Below, piece after piece: positions 24,490 to 38,161 of a stretch of 64,000 nt of DNA (within the stretch, counting starts at the first letter, position 1; each line of letters starts with the position of its first letter). Source of the stretch: Utricularia gibba. Its lineage: Eukaryota > Plantae > Magnoliophyta. The stretch covers positions 1,240,001 through 1,304,000 of the forward strand of contig NEEC01000021.1 of assembly GCA_002189035.1 (NCBI GenBank). The letters are read 5' to 3'. The notes under the pieces were generated by a model. That model ran no database searches. It worked only from the letters and a program-made list of their open reading frames with translations, and had not been told where the DNA came from. The translations under genes and the position numbers were made by a program.

Positions 24490-25100
24490 GCCCTCCACCG
24501 ATCCGGTTTCGAAACCGCTTTGACCGGTCGATATATAGATATATTATATTAAAATTTATATTATTATTATTATTATATAATAAAAGTACAAACATAATAA
24601 CTTAAATCATTATTTGTCATCTATAGATATAAAGATTATTAAACATTATTATTAAGTTTTTATTAAATCAAACATTGAGCATAAAAAACTGAAAAATGCA
24701 TTGATTTTAAAAATCATTTACATACAATTGCAAGAACAAAACAAGTATTGAAAAATTAGCAAATTAAGAATTGATAGTGCGCAATATTTATTCAAGAGCT
24801 ATAAATAATACTAAAATCTATAAATAAACAATATTTGATAAAAGCAATGGCAGTACTGCTTTTAATTAAAAAATGCTAAAAAATTGGTATCTGATTGACC
24901 GGTTAACCGGTAAAACAAGAAAAACTGGTTAACCGGATTGACTCGCCGGTTAATCGGCCGAGCCACAATCACAGATGTGAACCACTACCTAGACGCGTAA
25001 TTGGTTCCCATTCAGATTCAATTCCAGAATATGAGCATACGATTGGGTCGTTTTGATATATTTGGCACTGTCAAAACCGACCGGTTTACGTTGAAAACCA
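24490..25100. mobile_element. Possible remnant of a non-autonomous DNA transposon
   Basis: Clusters of ACCGG/CCGGT motifs near 24497-24530, 24895-24962 and 25078-25090 flank a very AT-rich core. No clear terminal inverted repeat or target-site duplication was found. Confidence 0.3.
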
Positions 25101-25409
25101 TGAATCATACGATTGTATTAAAATATTAAAAAAAATCAAAATATTCATTAAAATATGAGACGAATTAATAGATTTGATAGTTATTTATGATTATATCATT
25201 GCATCATAAATCTTGAACATCGACAATGTATCGTTTTTTATAATGTATTTTCTAGTCAATCATGATTCTTAAGAATAACTAGAATCAATTTTAGACATTC
25301 ATAACAATTGTTAAATATGTATAAAAGCAGTTTTATAAAATAAAAATTCATTCACAAGCACTCATAACATCTAATGTGAGTGCCTGGAAAACACATTAAT
25401 AATAATTGT

Positions 25410-25609
25410 TTGGTTTTCGATTTCGATTTGGTTCCAATTCCGAACTGAAATCATTGGGTTCGATTTCAGTTTTGATCTAGTTCAAGGTTTAAAAATTTGA
25501 TTCGGAACCAAAACTAAAACTGTAATCTACAATGAATCACGATTTAAAAAAACCGTTCGATTGCGAACCTAAACCAAACAATTTGTAATCGATTGCACTT
25601 GTAACTCTA
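25410..25609. mobile_element. MITE-like element (family copy 2)
   Basis: TTCAAGGTTTAAAAATTTGATTCGGAACCAAAACTAAAAC resembles part of the 28790-28951 copy. Ends in TAACTCTA like the intronic copy at 3110-3117. Confidence 0.5.
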
Positions 25610-26395
25610 TCAGTACCCTGCGTAACAGACTACAAAAACCATATTTTGAAATGATCATAGTTCATTCTTTCAAAATATTTTATTAATGAGTAAAATTACT
25701 TAATTTTAAAAACCATGTTTTGAATCGATGATAGTACATTCTTTCAAAATGTTAAATTAATAAGATTACTTAATCTTAAACTCTGTTTTGATATAAGTTT
25801 TATTTAACATAATTTCTCAAAAAACATGTTTCTAGAAAAGTATTTTTAAAAATTAAAAATCAAGATTTTTAGCATTTAAAATTAAAATATTATTAAATTT
25901 TTTAGACTATCAACATTCTCTATTTATTCAAACAAAGTCAGAAATTTTCAAATTATAAATTATATAATTTTAAAAACATAATAATCACACCTTAATATGT
26001 GAACTTTTTAAAATAAAAAGCATCCATAACTTTTACTCTAATTGAAGTGATTATTTTTTTCAAAAACAACTCTATTATCCATTACGCACAAATTCTATCA
26101 ATTAACTTTTATTTTTTTCAAAAATATTTTTCGAAAATACGTTTTGAAAAACTGTGCTAAACTAACTGAATACTAATAGATCCGACAAGGAAGAAGAGCA
26201 AGAGGAATCGGTGAGAAACAAAGGAGAGTGACTTGACATCAGATAATGTGCAAGATGGAACAGGGAACCTAATGCTCATGATAGATGAGATTGTCATCAA
26301 CCCCGTGAATGAAGAATCTGGTTTCAGGCAGACATGAACAAGAGTCGTAATGTTACCAGGAAAAAGCCTCCAGTCACTGGAATGTGGTTCTGGGC

Positions 26396-27821
26396 TTAGC
26401 TTGTTGCAGGCTTGGCATCGCTTCCGGAGTGTTCTCCCTTCACTTGCTCCTCGTCTTTCTCGTCTGGCTTGCTGATCTCTGCAACCCAAAGATCATACTC
26501 ATCAGACTCATTCCCTTCCCTTGATGAGGGATTGAAGCGGAAGATGTTCCTCAGGGAGTAGTGAATTTAATGATCTAGGGGTGTTTGTTTCTCACAGAAG
26601 CTGGTTTAGTTAACTGACTACCTTCGTTATCATCGCTGTCCTCAAGTTCATCTCCCATGGCGTCGTCTCCAAGCCCACCCATGTCACCGAATTTCTGATG
26701 GGAGACAACATGTGAGTATTTCTAGGGGAGGAGCTTGTGAAGATAAACTAGGAAGAGAAAAATGTTACCGAGAAATCCATTCCACCCATATCGAAATCAC
26801 CTGCTGCTCCTGATGAAAATGGAAGGCATTGTGTTTCTTATGCAAAGGCACGAGATGACAAACAGTTCGAATCCACATTGTGCGTACCGGCATCGTCGTC
26901 CTCATCCACCCACTTGTCCCAATCCACCTTCACGTAATGAGGGGCCTTTCCATCACCACGCAGTAGCTTCTTCCACCACTTCTTCTCTGCTTTCTCCAGA
27001 ATGCAGATGATGCTTCTAACGCCTATGTTTATTTTGCTCTCCTGGTGAATGCAAAACCAGATCAAAAAAAGGAGAACAGGAGCTATAAATAATGTCAAGC
27101 CAGACCAGATGACATTCCACACAATTTGAAAAGGCTGGAGATAGATAAAGTAGAAGAAACAGAGAAATGCTTAGTATTCATCACTGCATCACGGCCAAAA
27201 AAAGAGACCTAGCCATAGCATAGCTACGCAAAAGCTTGTTTGGCATCCCATTTTAAAAGATATCCCCTACGATACACGTGTCAGACATCACGAACACTTC
27301 ATCAAACTTGGCACCATTTGGATTTCCAAATGGCCTAAAATCAAGAAAGGCGTAGCATTTCGAGCCTGTGCACTACAAAATGACACAAGGAGGTATCTCA
27401 CCTCGGCATTGATTTTTTCCAGAAGAGTTAGATTGAGCTCATAGAGATGGCTGTCGGTGCCAGCAGTGGCAGAAAATGTGAACGTCCCATCTGGGTCCAC
27501 ATTGACCTTTGCGTTTTTAGTATCAGGAAGCAAGATAGTAAGATATACAACTTCCTCCCTTTCTGCCCACTTCACCTCAGGGTGCCGGCTGCAAAACAGG
27601 TGTAAAGCACAAGTCTTTCAGTCTTCCCAAAACTCCCAATATCAGAAAATCAGTTTCCCCAAGAACTAGCACCACAAGGAGCCTAAACAGATACAGTCCA
27701 ACTAGATTCTGAACAGTTTAATGCAGAAGACACGAGTAAAAATCATAAACCACTCAGTTTTCTCATAGAAGGTGGCGTATCGGGAACATCAACAACATAA
27801 CAAGGCACCAAATTACCTCAT
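26396..27821 (-). CDS. P23: Hsp90 co-chaperone p23 (p23-1-like), about 180 aa
   Basis: Exons 27821-27817, 27588-27402, 27041-26888, 26809-26769, 26694-26622, 26478-26396 (543 nt). Reads MSRHPEVKWAER, contains KAPHYVKVDWDKWVDEDDD, and ends in a GM-rich acidic tail. Confidence 0.95.
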
Positions 27822-28789
27822 TCTCACGCTGTTTGACGAAGAGTTGGAGGCGAGGAGAGGCAGCGCGAGTGATTCTGGAGAACCCTAAAAGCAGCAGATG
27901 GCCTTTTTCAATGGGTACAAAGTAGAATTACGATTATGCCCTCCCCTGGAAACCTATTATAATAATATTTTTTATTACGGCGGAGGAGGAACCGTTCTGA
28001 TCCTTCGGAGGAAGATGACACCTGCGAATTGCAGAAGAAAAATTGGTTCTTTGTACCAATGGATTGGTTGTACGGAGTTTGCTCATTTTGATCTCCCGCG
28101 GTTCGAGGATGGGAGTGCTGTAGTCCACTGGATGCATCATGGGTCATGCGTTTCAGCCACGGCGGTTATCAGATAACGGCGAAGATTCCAGTTCTTCCGA
28201 CGCCGGAATCTTTGGTACGGTTGCGTGATGTGGGGCAAGGCATCATTGGGTCGCAAATCTGGGATGACGAAGAAATCTCCAAAAGAGCATTGGAAGTTTG
28301 CGACGAACAGCAGCGCTCTTGACTTACAGTCACACTTCAGAGTTTGATTTACAGAGAGGCCACAAGACGAAGATGACCCCTTGTTTCTGCTTCAATGGCA
28401 CACGAGCCTGACATTGAAAGCAGCAAGAAGAAGAAGAACCCATAGGAGGCACGGCTTCACCGACTCATCTTCGACAAAGCTCTGGAGCACGCGACTGGTA
28501 CACCTAACAGCGAGCCACACCATGTGTAGTGTAGCGAACGTTATGGTTTCAGATCTATTTTTAAATCAATGAACTATGATGTTATTATCGAAGTTTGGAA
28601 AAACATTTAAAATAACGAACTCCACAATCTCAAACAACTAGTGATTGGAAAAATATTTTTTAAATTTATATAAATTTAAAAAATACTTAAAAAATGATAT
28701 ATTTCGTAAATAATCACAACGGTTTATATAAGTATTTAAAAATTAATTTTTTAAAACACCATCTAATTTTAATTCCACTTCTATTCAAC

Positions 28790-28951
28790 ATTTTCAATTT
28801 CGATTTCAATTCGATTCAAAGTTTAAAAATTCGATTTTGATTCGAAACCAAAAACAAAATCAACATTAAATTACAATTCATGAATCCACAATTCAAAAAA
28901 ATCATTTGATCCCGAATTAAAATCGATCATTTGAAACCGATCGCATCTCTA
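28790..28951. mobile_element. MITE-like element (family copy 3, opposite orientation to copy 1)
   Basis: ATGAATCCACAATTCAAAAAAATCATTTGATCCCGAATTAAAATCGATCATTTGAAACCGATCGCATCTCTA aligns with the reverse complement of 2888-2960. Confidence 0.6.
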
Positions 28952-29559
28952 TTCTGGATGTTTTGAATAATTTATTTTTGAAAAATTATAAGTTATTTTT
29001 TTTATAAAAATTTTAATTTTTTTGAAAACTTTATTAAATAAAGGCTAAAGTTTCTTTGGCAACAAAAGAACACATTGGATTCTCCAAAATCTGCCTCATT
29101 CTGCAAAAAATTTATTCAAATCTACAAAATGTACCTTCTGTTGGGGATAAATGAAGTTTGATCTCCAACTCACTTCAACTTACTTATAACAGAGGAATAA
29201 TTCACACAAAACTCAAGGATGTACATGTTATGATCCTCCCAGATTTAGTTAGCTGAAGACAAGTAAGGACTGGTTGGGTCCCTTGAGGGGCAGAATCCAC
29301 TGTGAGCAACAGAACCTGGGATGGAATATGAAAGTCATGTACAAGCAACTGCAGATCAAGAATCCATATGCGGCAATGGAGAGCGAATGTTACCTGAGGG
29401 AGATGGTGAAGCTCGCTTCGAGCCAATGGCTGGATTCGATCCCGTTTGCATATGAAACAGCTCATGTATAGTTTGAACTCATCGACCCTTGAAAGTGTCC
29501 ATACAGAATGCAAGGTATCTTGAGTTGCAACTGCACAGATGCTTTCTGTGATGCTGGCA

Positions 29560-32500
29560 TCAGCTATTGAGAGCTTCCATGGCTAGTCGAACAAGACGAA
29601 GGAAGCCTTCGACATCTAGGAATGTATAGTCAAGAGCCTTCCTGAGGGAAGACAGCGCCTCTTCATTTGAGGTTTCTGATAATCTTGACAAAGCAGTTGC
29701 GAACGCGAGCCTTGATTTCTTTGAAGCTTCCATTGCAAAGTTAACATTTTGTGCCTGTAGCTCATGACCATGAGACTCAAAAAGGCTATATGAAGAACTC
29801 CAGAGAATGATTACACACCGAGCTGCACTTACAAAGTCCAGAAGATGCGTGAAACATGCGCGATTCCGTGAACTAATAACATGGCCCCCGGAAACATGAG
29901 GAGAACCTCCAACCCTCGCCAAAGTGCCTTTTTCTGGGGCACCAGCACTTTGATGGTTCAGGTTGTCAACATCAGAGGCAGATGAGGAAGGTGACTCCCC
30001 TGAAAAGGGTGAAAGAGAAATGTAAATAACACTCCCAAATACATCACTGATTTGACAAATAAAACTACCCAAATAATTATATCAGACCATGGGTGCAGTG
30101 CAGATGAACACTAAGAACAGGAAAGAAAAAATAAAACTTTACCAGGGGCAGCTATCTGTAGAGCAGATTGTAACTCATTTCTGTCCCTGCTTGCACTATG
30201 ATTATTAGAATACACCACTCGCATGTAGGCAACTTCAACACACTTATAGGCCAAAGCAGCAGCAGCCATGTCCTCTGATTTCTCATATTCACGTGCACAA
30301 TATCTGAGAGTGAAATATTCCAAAAATCTTAAGTGTATCATTCAGATATTAGAAATGCATACTTGGGAGTAGTAGACCTGGAAATTACTTTTTCGGAGGA
30401 AAAAGACTTTTACATGAAATATTAACCTACATCAATAGAACAAAGGACACTTCGTTCCTCAGAGTAACTTACTCGCAGAGCTTTGCAGTGGAACTGTATA
30501 TATTCATTGAGTTCATGAGCTCATTATGCTTATTGGCTTCCCTTCCCGTTAATTCCATCAATGACGCACCATGGAGAAACTTGAGGGAGGCCTGAATGTA
30601 TAAGCTAATGCCTTCAAGAGATCCAGAATTCTGAAAAAAAATCAAGTTGTGTCACACAGTGTGATGAAAAAGACAAACTCGAAACTGAATTAACAGGATG
30701 TGCACAAACCTTCATACGATCTGCTGTGTGTTTGAGGACCGTTGCTTCTTTCACAATACTATTAGCAACATGACTGGAAGATTCTCTGCGAACGGGACTT
30801 GAACCATCAGCATCCCGAACCTTGTGAGAATTTGGATTAGAGAGCCGAAAGGGTGGACAGTTTGAATTTTCAACATTTATCTTCTCGCCTTGAGCTTTCT
30901 GTGTATTACCACTCTCAGAGGCGTCGGCTGCTGAAATATTTACAACCTTATCTTTCTGAGACTCAGAAACATCCACATGATTGATAGCAGTTTCAGTGTT
31001 AATTCTTGCCAATGGAGGAAGCGGGTTTGACATGGTATTCCCATGGACTTCACTAAATTTACTTTTCTGGGACAGCTTCTCAGTATCATGTTCTCGACTA
31101 CCAGGTCCTTTATCCAGGCGTTTCATAGCATCTTGCCCATCATCAACAATTCTCCGGCCTTGTACTTTGGTATTGTCATTTGGTGTCCCACCAGCAGCCT
31201 CCTTACGCGTAATGGACTTCTCACCCCTGCTGGTAGTGCCAGACTTATCATCGTGCTTGTTTTTTCGGCTCTTTGATTTTTCCTCATATGATTGGTGACG
31301 ATCCATGGAATCATGTGAAGAATCCAAAACCCTGTTGCTAACCCTTTCAAAGTCATGATCAGAAGCTTTAGATGTTGCTTTGGAATGTTTCCCCGATTTT
31401 TTCAAGTGCAATCCAGTGTGCTGAGATTGACCGGTATTTGTGCTCCCATCGACCTTACGTTGATCAGAAAGGTTTTGTGCAGCAGACACCTGGGCATTTC
31501 TACTTAAGTGGCCATTAAAACCAGAGAGAGTACCAGCACATGCAAGAGCCTCATTTTTTCTCATCTCTGTTTGACCATTGGATCCTCCATCATCCAAAAG
31601 CCTTCTCGGAATTACAGCAGTCAGAGTCCTGCTATCTTCAACATCAAACTTTCCAACCAAGTTTTTAACTGTTGATGAGACTTTACCAGCATCAGGATAC
31701 CTTAGAGGTGATGAAGAGACTGATTCCACGGGCGAGCCCTTAGCTTCCTGCCCACCAGCACTATTTTTGTGAGAGCCAGATACCTTGGATGAGCTAGAAT
31801 TCGCAGCGGCGAGAGGCTGTAGTTGACCCATTTCACTTTTCAAATAATCCGATGCCTGATTGTTATCTGCATATGCAGCATGGAGCTCATGCTTGGGAAC
31901 TTCACTTTTCCGACCAGTTTCCACATTAGAGCCTTTAGTTGACTTCGAAGCTCTGAGTTTCTTTTCTAAATGAGTTTCAGGATCACGATGTTCCTTTGAT
32001 TTCCTCTTCCTTATAGTGTCTTTCTCATTACGTTTCGCAGAATGAACTGAAGCATTATTTTCAGTACCAGGGGCATATGCTTCTGTCTGCACATCAGAAA
32101 CTAGATTCTTCTTATCCACGGCTGAAACATGGTTTCGGATCTTGTGGCGCTCATTTTCTGATATAGAGGCCTTGCCTCCTTTTAATGAAGACCCCTCATT
32201 GTTACCTACCATCTTTTCATCGTCAAAATGCCTCTCCTCACTCCTGATTCGTTTAGAAGCTTTAGAAGCGTCTACATCATCACGTTTGCTTTTTAAACTG
32301 ATATGTATCCCTGAACAAGACAATCACGCCATTATCTTTATAATTTCATAAAAAAGTATTAGTGTGGTTTGATTTAGATGCTAGTTTGTTGATGTTAAAT
32401 CAAGAAAACCAGTGGCGTACCTCTTTCAGGACAGCTGACAACTGACAGTTTTCTTTTCCTATGTTCAAATTTCTCAGTTCCAGAACTTGATCGGCCCGAG

Positions 32501-35321
32501 AACTGATATCTGCCTGCATCAGTGGAAGGAGAACTATTCCCGCCACTCAAATTACTTCCCTTTCCAGTTGTAATTAGGGTCTTCTTCTTCGAGCTTGAGG
32601 AACGAGTAGAACCATCCACCACAGTTGAATTGGTTGCCTTCGTAGAACCATTCTTTTTCTTTCCATTACTTGTTGTTTTCACAGCAATGCTTGGGTGCTC
32701 CTGATCAGGATATCCAGCAGCAGCTCCCATTGGCGTAACTTCAGAAATTGGGCCAGGAAGCACCACAGAAGGCTGATAAAGGGCTCTTAAGGCATTAGTT
32801 GTATGTTCCTCGGGGATGTAACAGCGATTCATTCCAGGCCTGAGGGAAGCGAATTCAAAAATTATCCATTTTTCATGTATACAGAGATTTGCATATGTAT
32901 TTTGATATCAGAGAATTTCTTCAGCGGTCACCATACTTAAAAGCAATACACATGGAAAGCATGAAACCATTACAAGTGGTAGTTCATTTCAAAAAAAAAA
33001 AAAAAAAAAACTGTACCCAGCAATCAGAAATAAATGTAAACTTACAGCCAGGACAGCATGCTGCATGTCCATTTTTCAGGAAGACTTTTGGGGTCCGTAC
33101 CCAGAGGAAGAAGTCTCCATATATGGCATAGATCACAAGAGACCCAATCTTCATTGACCATGGGCTTTAATCCTGTTGGAGCATCAGTGCTAATCCCATT
33201 CACAACAGGATTGGCTGGATGAGAGCCAATTCTAGGATATTTTTCTTTAGATTGGGGATTCCCCTCCTTGGACATATTATGGTCTTTACTAAAGCTTCTT
33301 CTTACAGGAAGATGATGTTCTTTTAACCTTCCCGCAGATGTCAATTCCCCAGATAGTGATTCATTGTCATCTTCATCATCATCCAATTCCTCATCTCCGA
33401 AAAAGTCTTTGTATCTGTTGGCTGTTTTTTCTTTCTCCTTCTTTGGCTCATGTGAATCATTTTTCAGATCAGCAAAGCAAGCATCAGCAGACTTCTCATC
33501 TTTATGAGCCATGGCCAACCCAACTGCTGACTCATCTTTTCTAGAGCATGCTCCTTGAGAACCTGCAGCCTTAGCTGCCTTTAGCTTTTTCTTGTCCCTT
33601 TGTGATAATTCAACAGAAGGTTTGACATCTTCAGTTCGCACAGATCCTCTGTTATGAAAAACTAACTGCTTTGACATGTCAGGCAGTTCAGCACCACTGC
33701 AAGTTTTCTTCAACTTGGAGCCACTGACTTCAGGCTGATCCAAAGGATGAGGTACTTCAGCTATTTGTGAGACAATAGACGGCGCAGTTGCATTGGCACT
33801 CAAACTTTTGTGCTTGTCATATTCAGAAACATTGCATGATGAACCCAGAGACCTAGCCGAGTTTCCAACTCTTCCATCTCTTAAACTAGGTGCAAAAGGC
33901 ATCTCCTTTCCAGGATCTCTACTAAAATATTCAGAACTGGAAAAACGCCGAGGTTTTAAAGCATTAGAGGCGTCTTCACATAACAAATCATCATCATTAG
34001 TCTCCTGCTCCTTTCTCAAAGGCGTAACAATCTTATCCTCAATACTGTTGATCTGATCGGCTATTTCAGTGGCAGAAGACTTCTTTTCCTGTGGAGCTTT
34101 CTCATTGCTGCTACAAGAATGAAACCCATTGATTAACAAGGCCGACTTCTCTGTGCTCATACGTGTCCTAGCTGTCCTTTGGCTTTCGTGCTTTCCTCCA
34201 CGCATTGTATTCAAGTGAATAAGATCTTCCGATAAAGGGGACAAAAGCACATCTACCGGAAAGGATGTCATCATCTGTCCAAACAACAAATTGGTAAATT
34301 AGATATTTGAAAGATAAGTGCAAACATATAGCAAGTATCACCAGCGTTCACTATTGACCTTAAGAATGCTGGTTGGTGATTCATCTGGCATATTCGTGAT
34401 CTTATGATGTCCCCGTTCACTGGTGGCCGGACTCCCATCAAGTGAAGATGACGGGGAGACAAGACCAAGACCATTGTAGATATCAACATTCTTCTTTGTC
34501 AACAAATTTTCTGAGCCAACCTTGATACGGAGCTTTAAACTATTTATCGGCTTCTCATTTCTTCCACTTTTTGCGGTCGACTTATCAGCATTTCCAGACT
34601 GCAACTTGTCCCTTATGCTAGACACACGTCGTGTAGATGCAGGCTCCCCAGAAACAGCATTTGACTTCCATGCGGGTGAAGCAGCCACAGAAGAAAGTGC
34701 ATTCGGCTTACGCTCCTATAAGAAATGAGAAAAGCAAGATGAGATCCCCTGTTTCCTATGCGCACATCGGTTACATGTGAAAGCTGTTTGTAGATCTCAT
34801 GAAACTATCCAGTTATACCTTTCTAGGAGATTTTTGTGAGCTGTGAACCGCCTCTGGTGGACGCTGATATGTTGGCAAGAACGAACCATAATCACCAAAT
34901 TTTGCCCCTATTGATATTCAAAGATAAGCTGAGTGATCAAATGCCGAACAATGATATATCTTTCAACTAGGTATAAATAGTTTAATTTCCTACTTACCCA
35001 AGTTTTCCACTGAGACTAAACCTTCAAAATCTTTCTGGAGATGGCCCAAAACACTTTGAACTTTCTCACCCTTTTCACAAAGAGTGACACAGATTTCAAT
35101 TGTTGAAAAAACTGACAATGTAACAACAGACAAGTGCAACAACAGACAATATCACAAAGACAACTTACAATGTAAGAGAGAGAATTGATATCAGGGTAAA
35201 CCGCTGAATCCTCATTGCCCCTGTGGTAATTACGAGCCTCCCCTTCTTCAAGTTCCGTCTCTTCCATCTCTGGTACCGGAATCGATCTGTCCCTCCAATC
35301 TTTTCTACTCACGGATATCAT
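29560..35321 (-). CDS. CW-type zinc finger domain protein (CWZF-like), about 1533 aa
   Basis: Exons 35321-35169, 35070-34998, 34907-34819, 34715-34359, 34274-33046, 32839-32421, 32310-30710, 30630-30473, 30303-30143, 29999-29833, 29754-29560 (4602 nt, in frame). CW domain EDWVSCDLCHIWRLLP...WTCSMLSWLPGMNRC, N-terminal ETELEEGEA and LGHLQKDFEG...GAKFGDYGSFLPTYQR, C-terminal AAALAYKCVEVAYMRVVY. Confidence 0.93.
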
Positions 35322-35897
35322 CAAACGAATATTCCCAAAAAATCACCCCCTCTTCACCCTTTCTCCAAATAACTATCTCAAACTCTGAAACCCAGAAATA
35401 TCCCGCAATTCCCTCTCCGATCAGATGCACTAATCGCAATCTTCATCCTAAAAGATGACACAAAGGAAGAAATTCAATGATTTCATCAACGCGCCAAAAT
35501 TCAGATAAAAGAAAATCCGGATTCTCCAGAGTCTATTTTCACCAGAAATCGATCATTTATTTGGGATGTCCGAAGCCGGAAACAGGCACGAAAACAGGTC
35601 CGTCGGAGAGAGACAACGATGCGAAACGCAGTCTCCGGTTCTGGTGTACAACAGCCGCGTTTTTCTTCTCTCTCTCCCCCTCCCTGTCTGTTTTTCATTC
35701 AATTACATTATAAAATATATTATTATCCCCTGAATATTTAGATTTCGGGAATTCAAAAAACAAATCCAAAATATTCTCTTCGCGGCGGAATTTCGTTAAA
35801 TTCGGTTATTCTTTTTCCGGAAAATCAAAAAATATGATTTAATATTTATGAAAAAAATAAAAATTGGATGCACTTGAAATTTGGAAACCACTTCCTG

Positions 35898-35975
35898 TGG
35901 GCCGGGTAGAAATTTAAATAGAGCCCGTACATGGCCCACTCGATTTAAGCAGAGGCCTAATGAACGAAAAGCCCA
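35898..35975. promoter_or_regulatory. Site II (TGGGCY) cluster upstream of the CW zinc finger gene
   Basis: TGGGCC at 35898, GGCCCA at 35933 and AGCCCA at 35970, just before a long AT-rich tract. Confidence 0.4.
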
Positions 35976-36975
35976 AAAGTGTTAAAAGAAGAAATATTCT
36001 AGTCTTCTAGACAAGTATGCATGGTTTTTTTTTATCAACAAATATTTTTTCAAAATAATTAATTTTCAGTGTCAAATAGAATTAGTTTTAAGATTATATG
36101 AATAAAATCAGTTTGAAATTATAAAAATGTTTTATGGAATAACATAAAGTATTTCATAAAGTTTAATTAAATAAACTATATTAAATTATTATATAATTTA
36201 ATGTTATGATATAATGTATTTTTATAATAGATAAAAAGTTAATAATATAATTTTTTATATAATCTCTTATTTAATCAATAAAAAATAGATTTAATTTCTA
36301 AAGTTAATCATAGAATTTGAATTTTTAATTTTATTATAAAAATATCTAAAAATTAGAATTCTCAAAAATTAAAAAAATTACTTTAATAAATTATAAAAAT
36401 AGAACAGGTCCCCAATAAATTAGCTCATTGTATCCTATCTATTGTAGTTCATAAATTATATTGTTTTTACAATAATTCATATATTGAATATTCAATATAT
36501 TTGAAATTTTTATCATTTATTTCATTTCAAATAAGTTAGAATATAATATATGTAATGATTTTTAATTCTTTTAAATTTTGATAGCATCTTTATACGAAAA
36601 GGTGTGCCTCATGTATATTTCTCATTCTGATTACATACTTATCATGAAATATTCTTAACAAGTATGTAAGACATTAAGGATGTAAAAACCCTAATCTAAT
36701 AACCAAATAAAATATTGCTAAAAACTCATTAAAATCCAAGTAATTGATTTTTTTATATTTGATAATAAAAATATTTATGAAATTAAAATTCAATTGTTAT
36801 AAACTCAGACGCCTGTTATCGTGCATTCGAATTCTATCAGGTTGTGTAAATGACTACGAGTACAGTATTTTTTTTCTGCCTTCTCCTGTCAGCAGTCCAA
36901 AAACAGGATCTTGAAGCTGATCCGTCGCTTCTTCCCCAAAGTTTCCAAACAATGAAACAAAGATCATCTAAATAT

Positions 36976-37169
36976 CTTTAAGGTTTCAGGTTGAATCTCC
37001 ATGGGGTAGCAGCAGAGTGATCCGGAGAAAGAAAACCATTTTCAGGGTTTTGGTGCTCAAGCAAAACCATACCTTTAAGATTTCGGGGTTGAATCCCCAT
37101 AAGGTAGCAGCAGAGTGACCCCGAAAAAGAAAACCATTTGCAGGGTTTTGGAGCTCGAGCAAAACCCTA
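36976..37169. repeat. Two-copy tandem duplication with a 97-bp period
   Basis: Units begin CTTTAAG at 36976 and 37073 and share GGTAGCAGCAGAGTGA, AAGAAAACCATTT, CAGGGTTTTGG and GCAAAACC. Confidence 0.9.
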
Positions 37170-38065
37170 GTTTGTCAAGCTAAGCATCCGGCCCTTTCTT
37201 GTAGGAATGCAGAGACACGACATATAATCGGCTGGACAGAGTTTGTGTTCTTGCTCTGTAATACACATCCTGGACAACAATAACGTAACCATTATGCAAA
37301 ATGGTCGACTTTACTTTTTGTTTCAGATTCGTTCTTGATCACCATGATCCTGAAAGACACCCCACAAAGCAAAACCCATCCCAGGATGATCTCAGGGTCA
37401 GATTGGCTTCACCAGGAACAAGGGTTCATTTTTTTTTCTGGCCTGTATTTCTTGACAGCCAATAAAAATATTGATTCCAAAGTAGGAAATGCGTAATAAG
37501 ATAAGCTTCTTATCCTCTTACACATTCTTAAGAATCTCACGTCATAACCAAAAGGGAGAATAAAGCTGTGGATTTTCAACTCCCCCGGGATTTTGAGTTG
37601 AACGACGGGATAAGTCTGCATCTTGCTGTGTGTACTCAAGTCATCAAACAGTAATGCAGTGTTGTTTTCTCTAACTAGTGGATGGATGATTGCCTTCTCT
37701 CTCTCATCGATAGACAGCAGAATCGATTCGGGTTCTTATCGCCATGCCTACATCAGAATAATCATCTTTGCTGGTTGACATTAGAGAACCACTACACTGC
37801 TCGGATGAATGTTCTTATTCCTCAACACAACCCCTCAAATCATACATCTGATGCAGAGAAACTGAGTAGTGAGGAATTTCAGATCCAATCCTATCTACTC
37901 AGATTTTTCCTTCTTTTTTCACACAGTGCCACCCACCTTACAAATTTAACAGAATACCAAGATCTAGCCTAAACTTTTCAAACCAGTCAAAGAAGAAAGA
38001 CAGGTGAGAGATATCTCTCTCTCTCTCTCTGTGTGTTTTCTTTTTCTTTTTTTCCAACCGCTCCC

Positions 38066-38073
38066 TATAAATA
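38066..38073 (+). promoter_or_regulatory. TATA box of the first CC-type glutaredoxin
   Basis: TATAAATA about 90 bp upstream of the ATG at 38162. Confidence 0.55.
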
Positions 38074-38161
38074 ACGACATCAGTTTCTCACATCCAGCAC
38101 AGAAACCCAATACATATACATCACAGGAATCCGATCTCTTCATCTGGGAGGAGCCATTTCA

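Noticed and set aside
25644-25785. Direct duplication of about 70 bp in AT-rich DNA
   Set aside because: It is real but degenerate and intergenic, with nothing to suggest function.
27817-27821. 5-nt first coding exon of p23 as a novelty
   Set aside because: A very short ATG-containing first exon is an ordinary arrangement and the spliced product is a standard p23.
37085-37098. GGGGTTGAATCCCC as a tRNA T-arm or SINE B-box
   Set aside because: It lacks the TTCG core, no cloverleaf can be built, and the stem is not kept in the other repeat unit.
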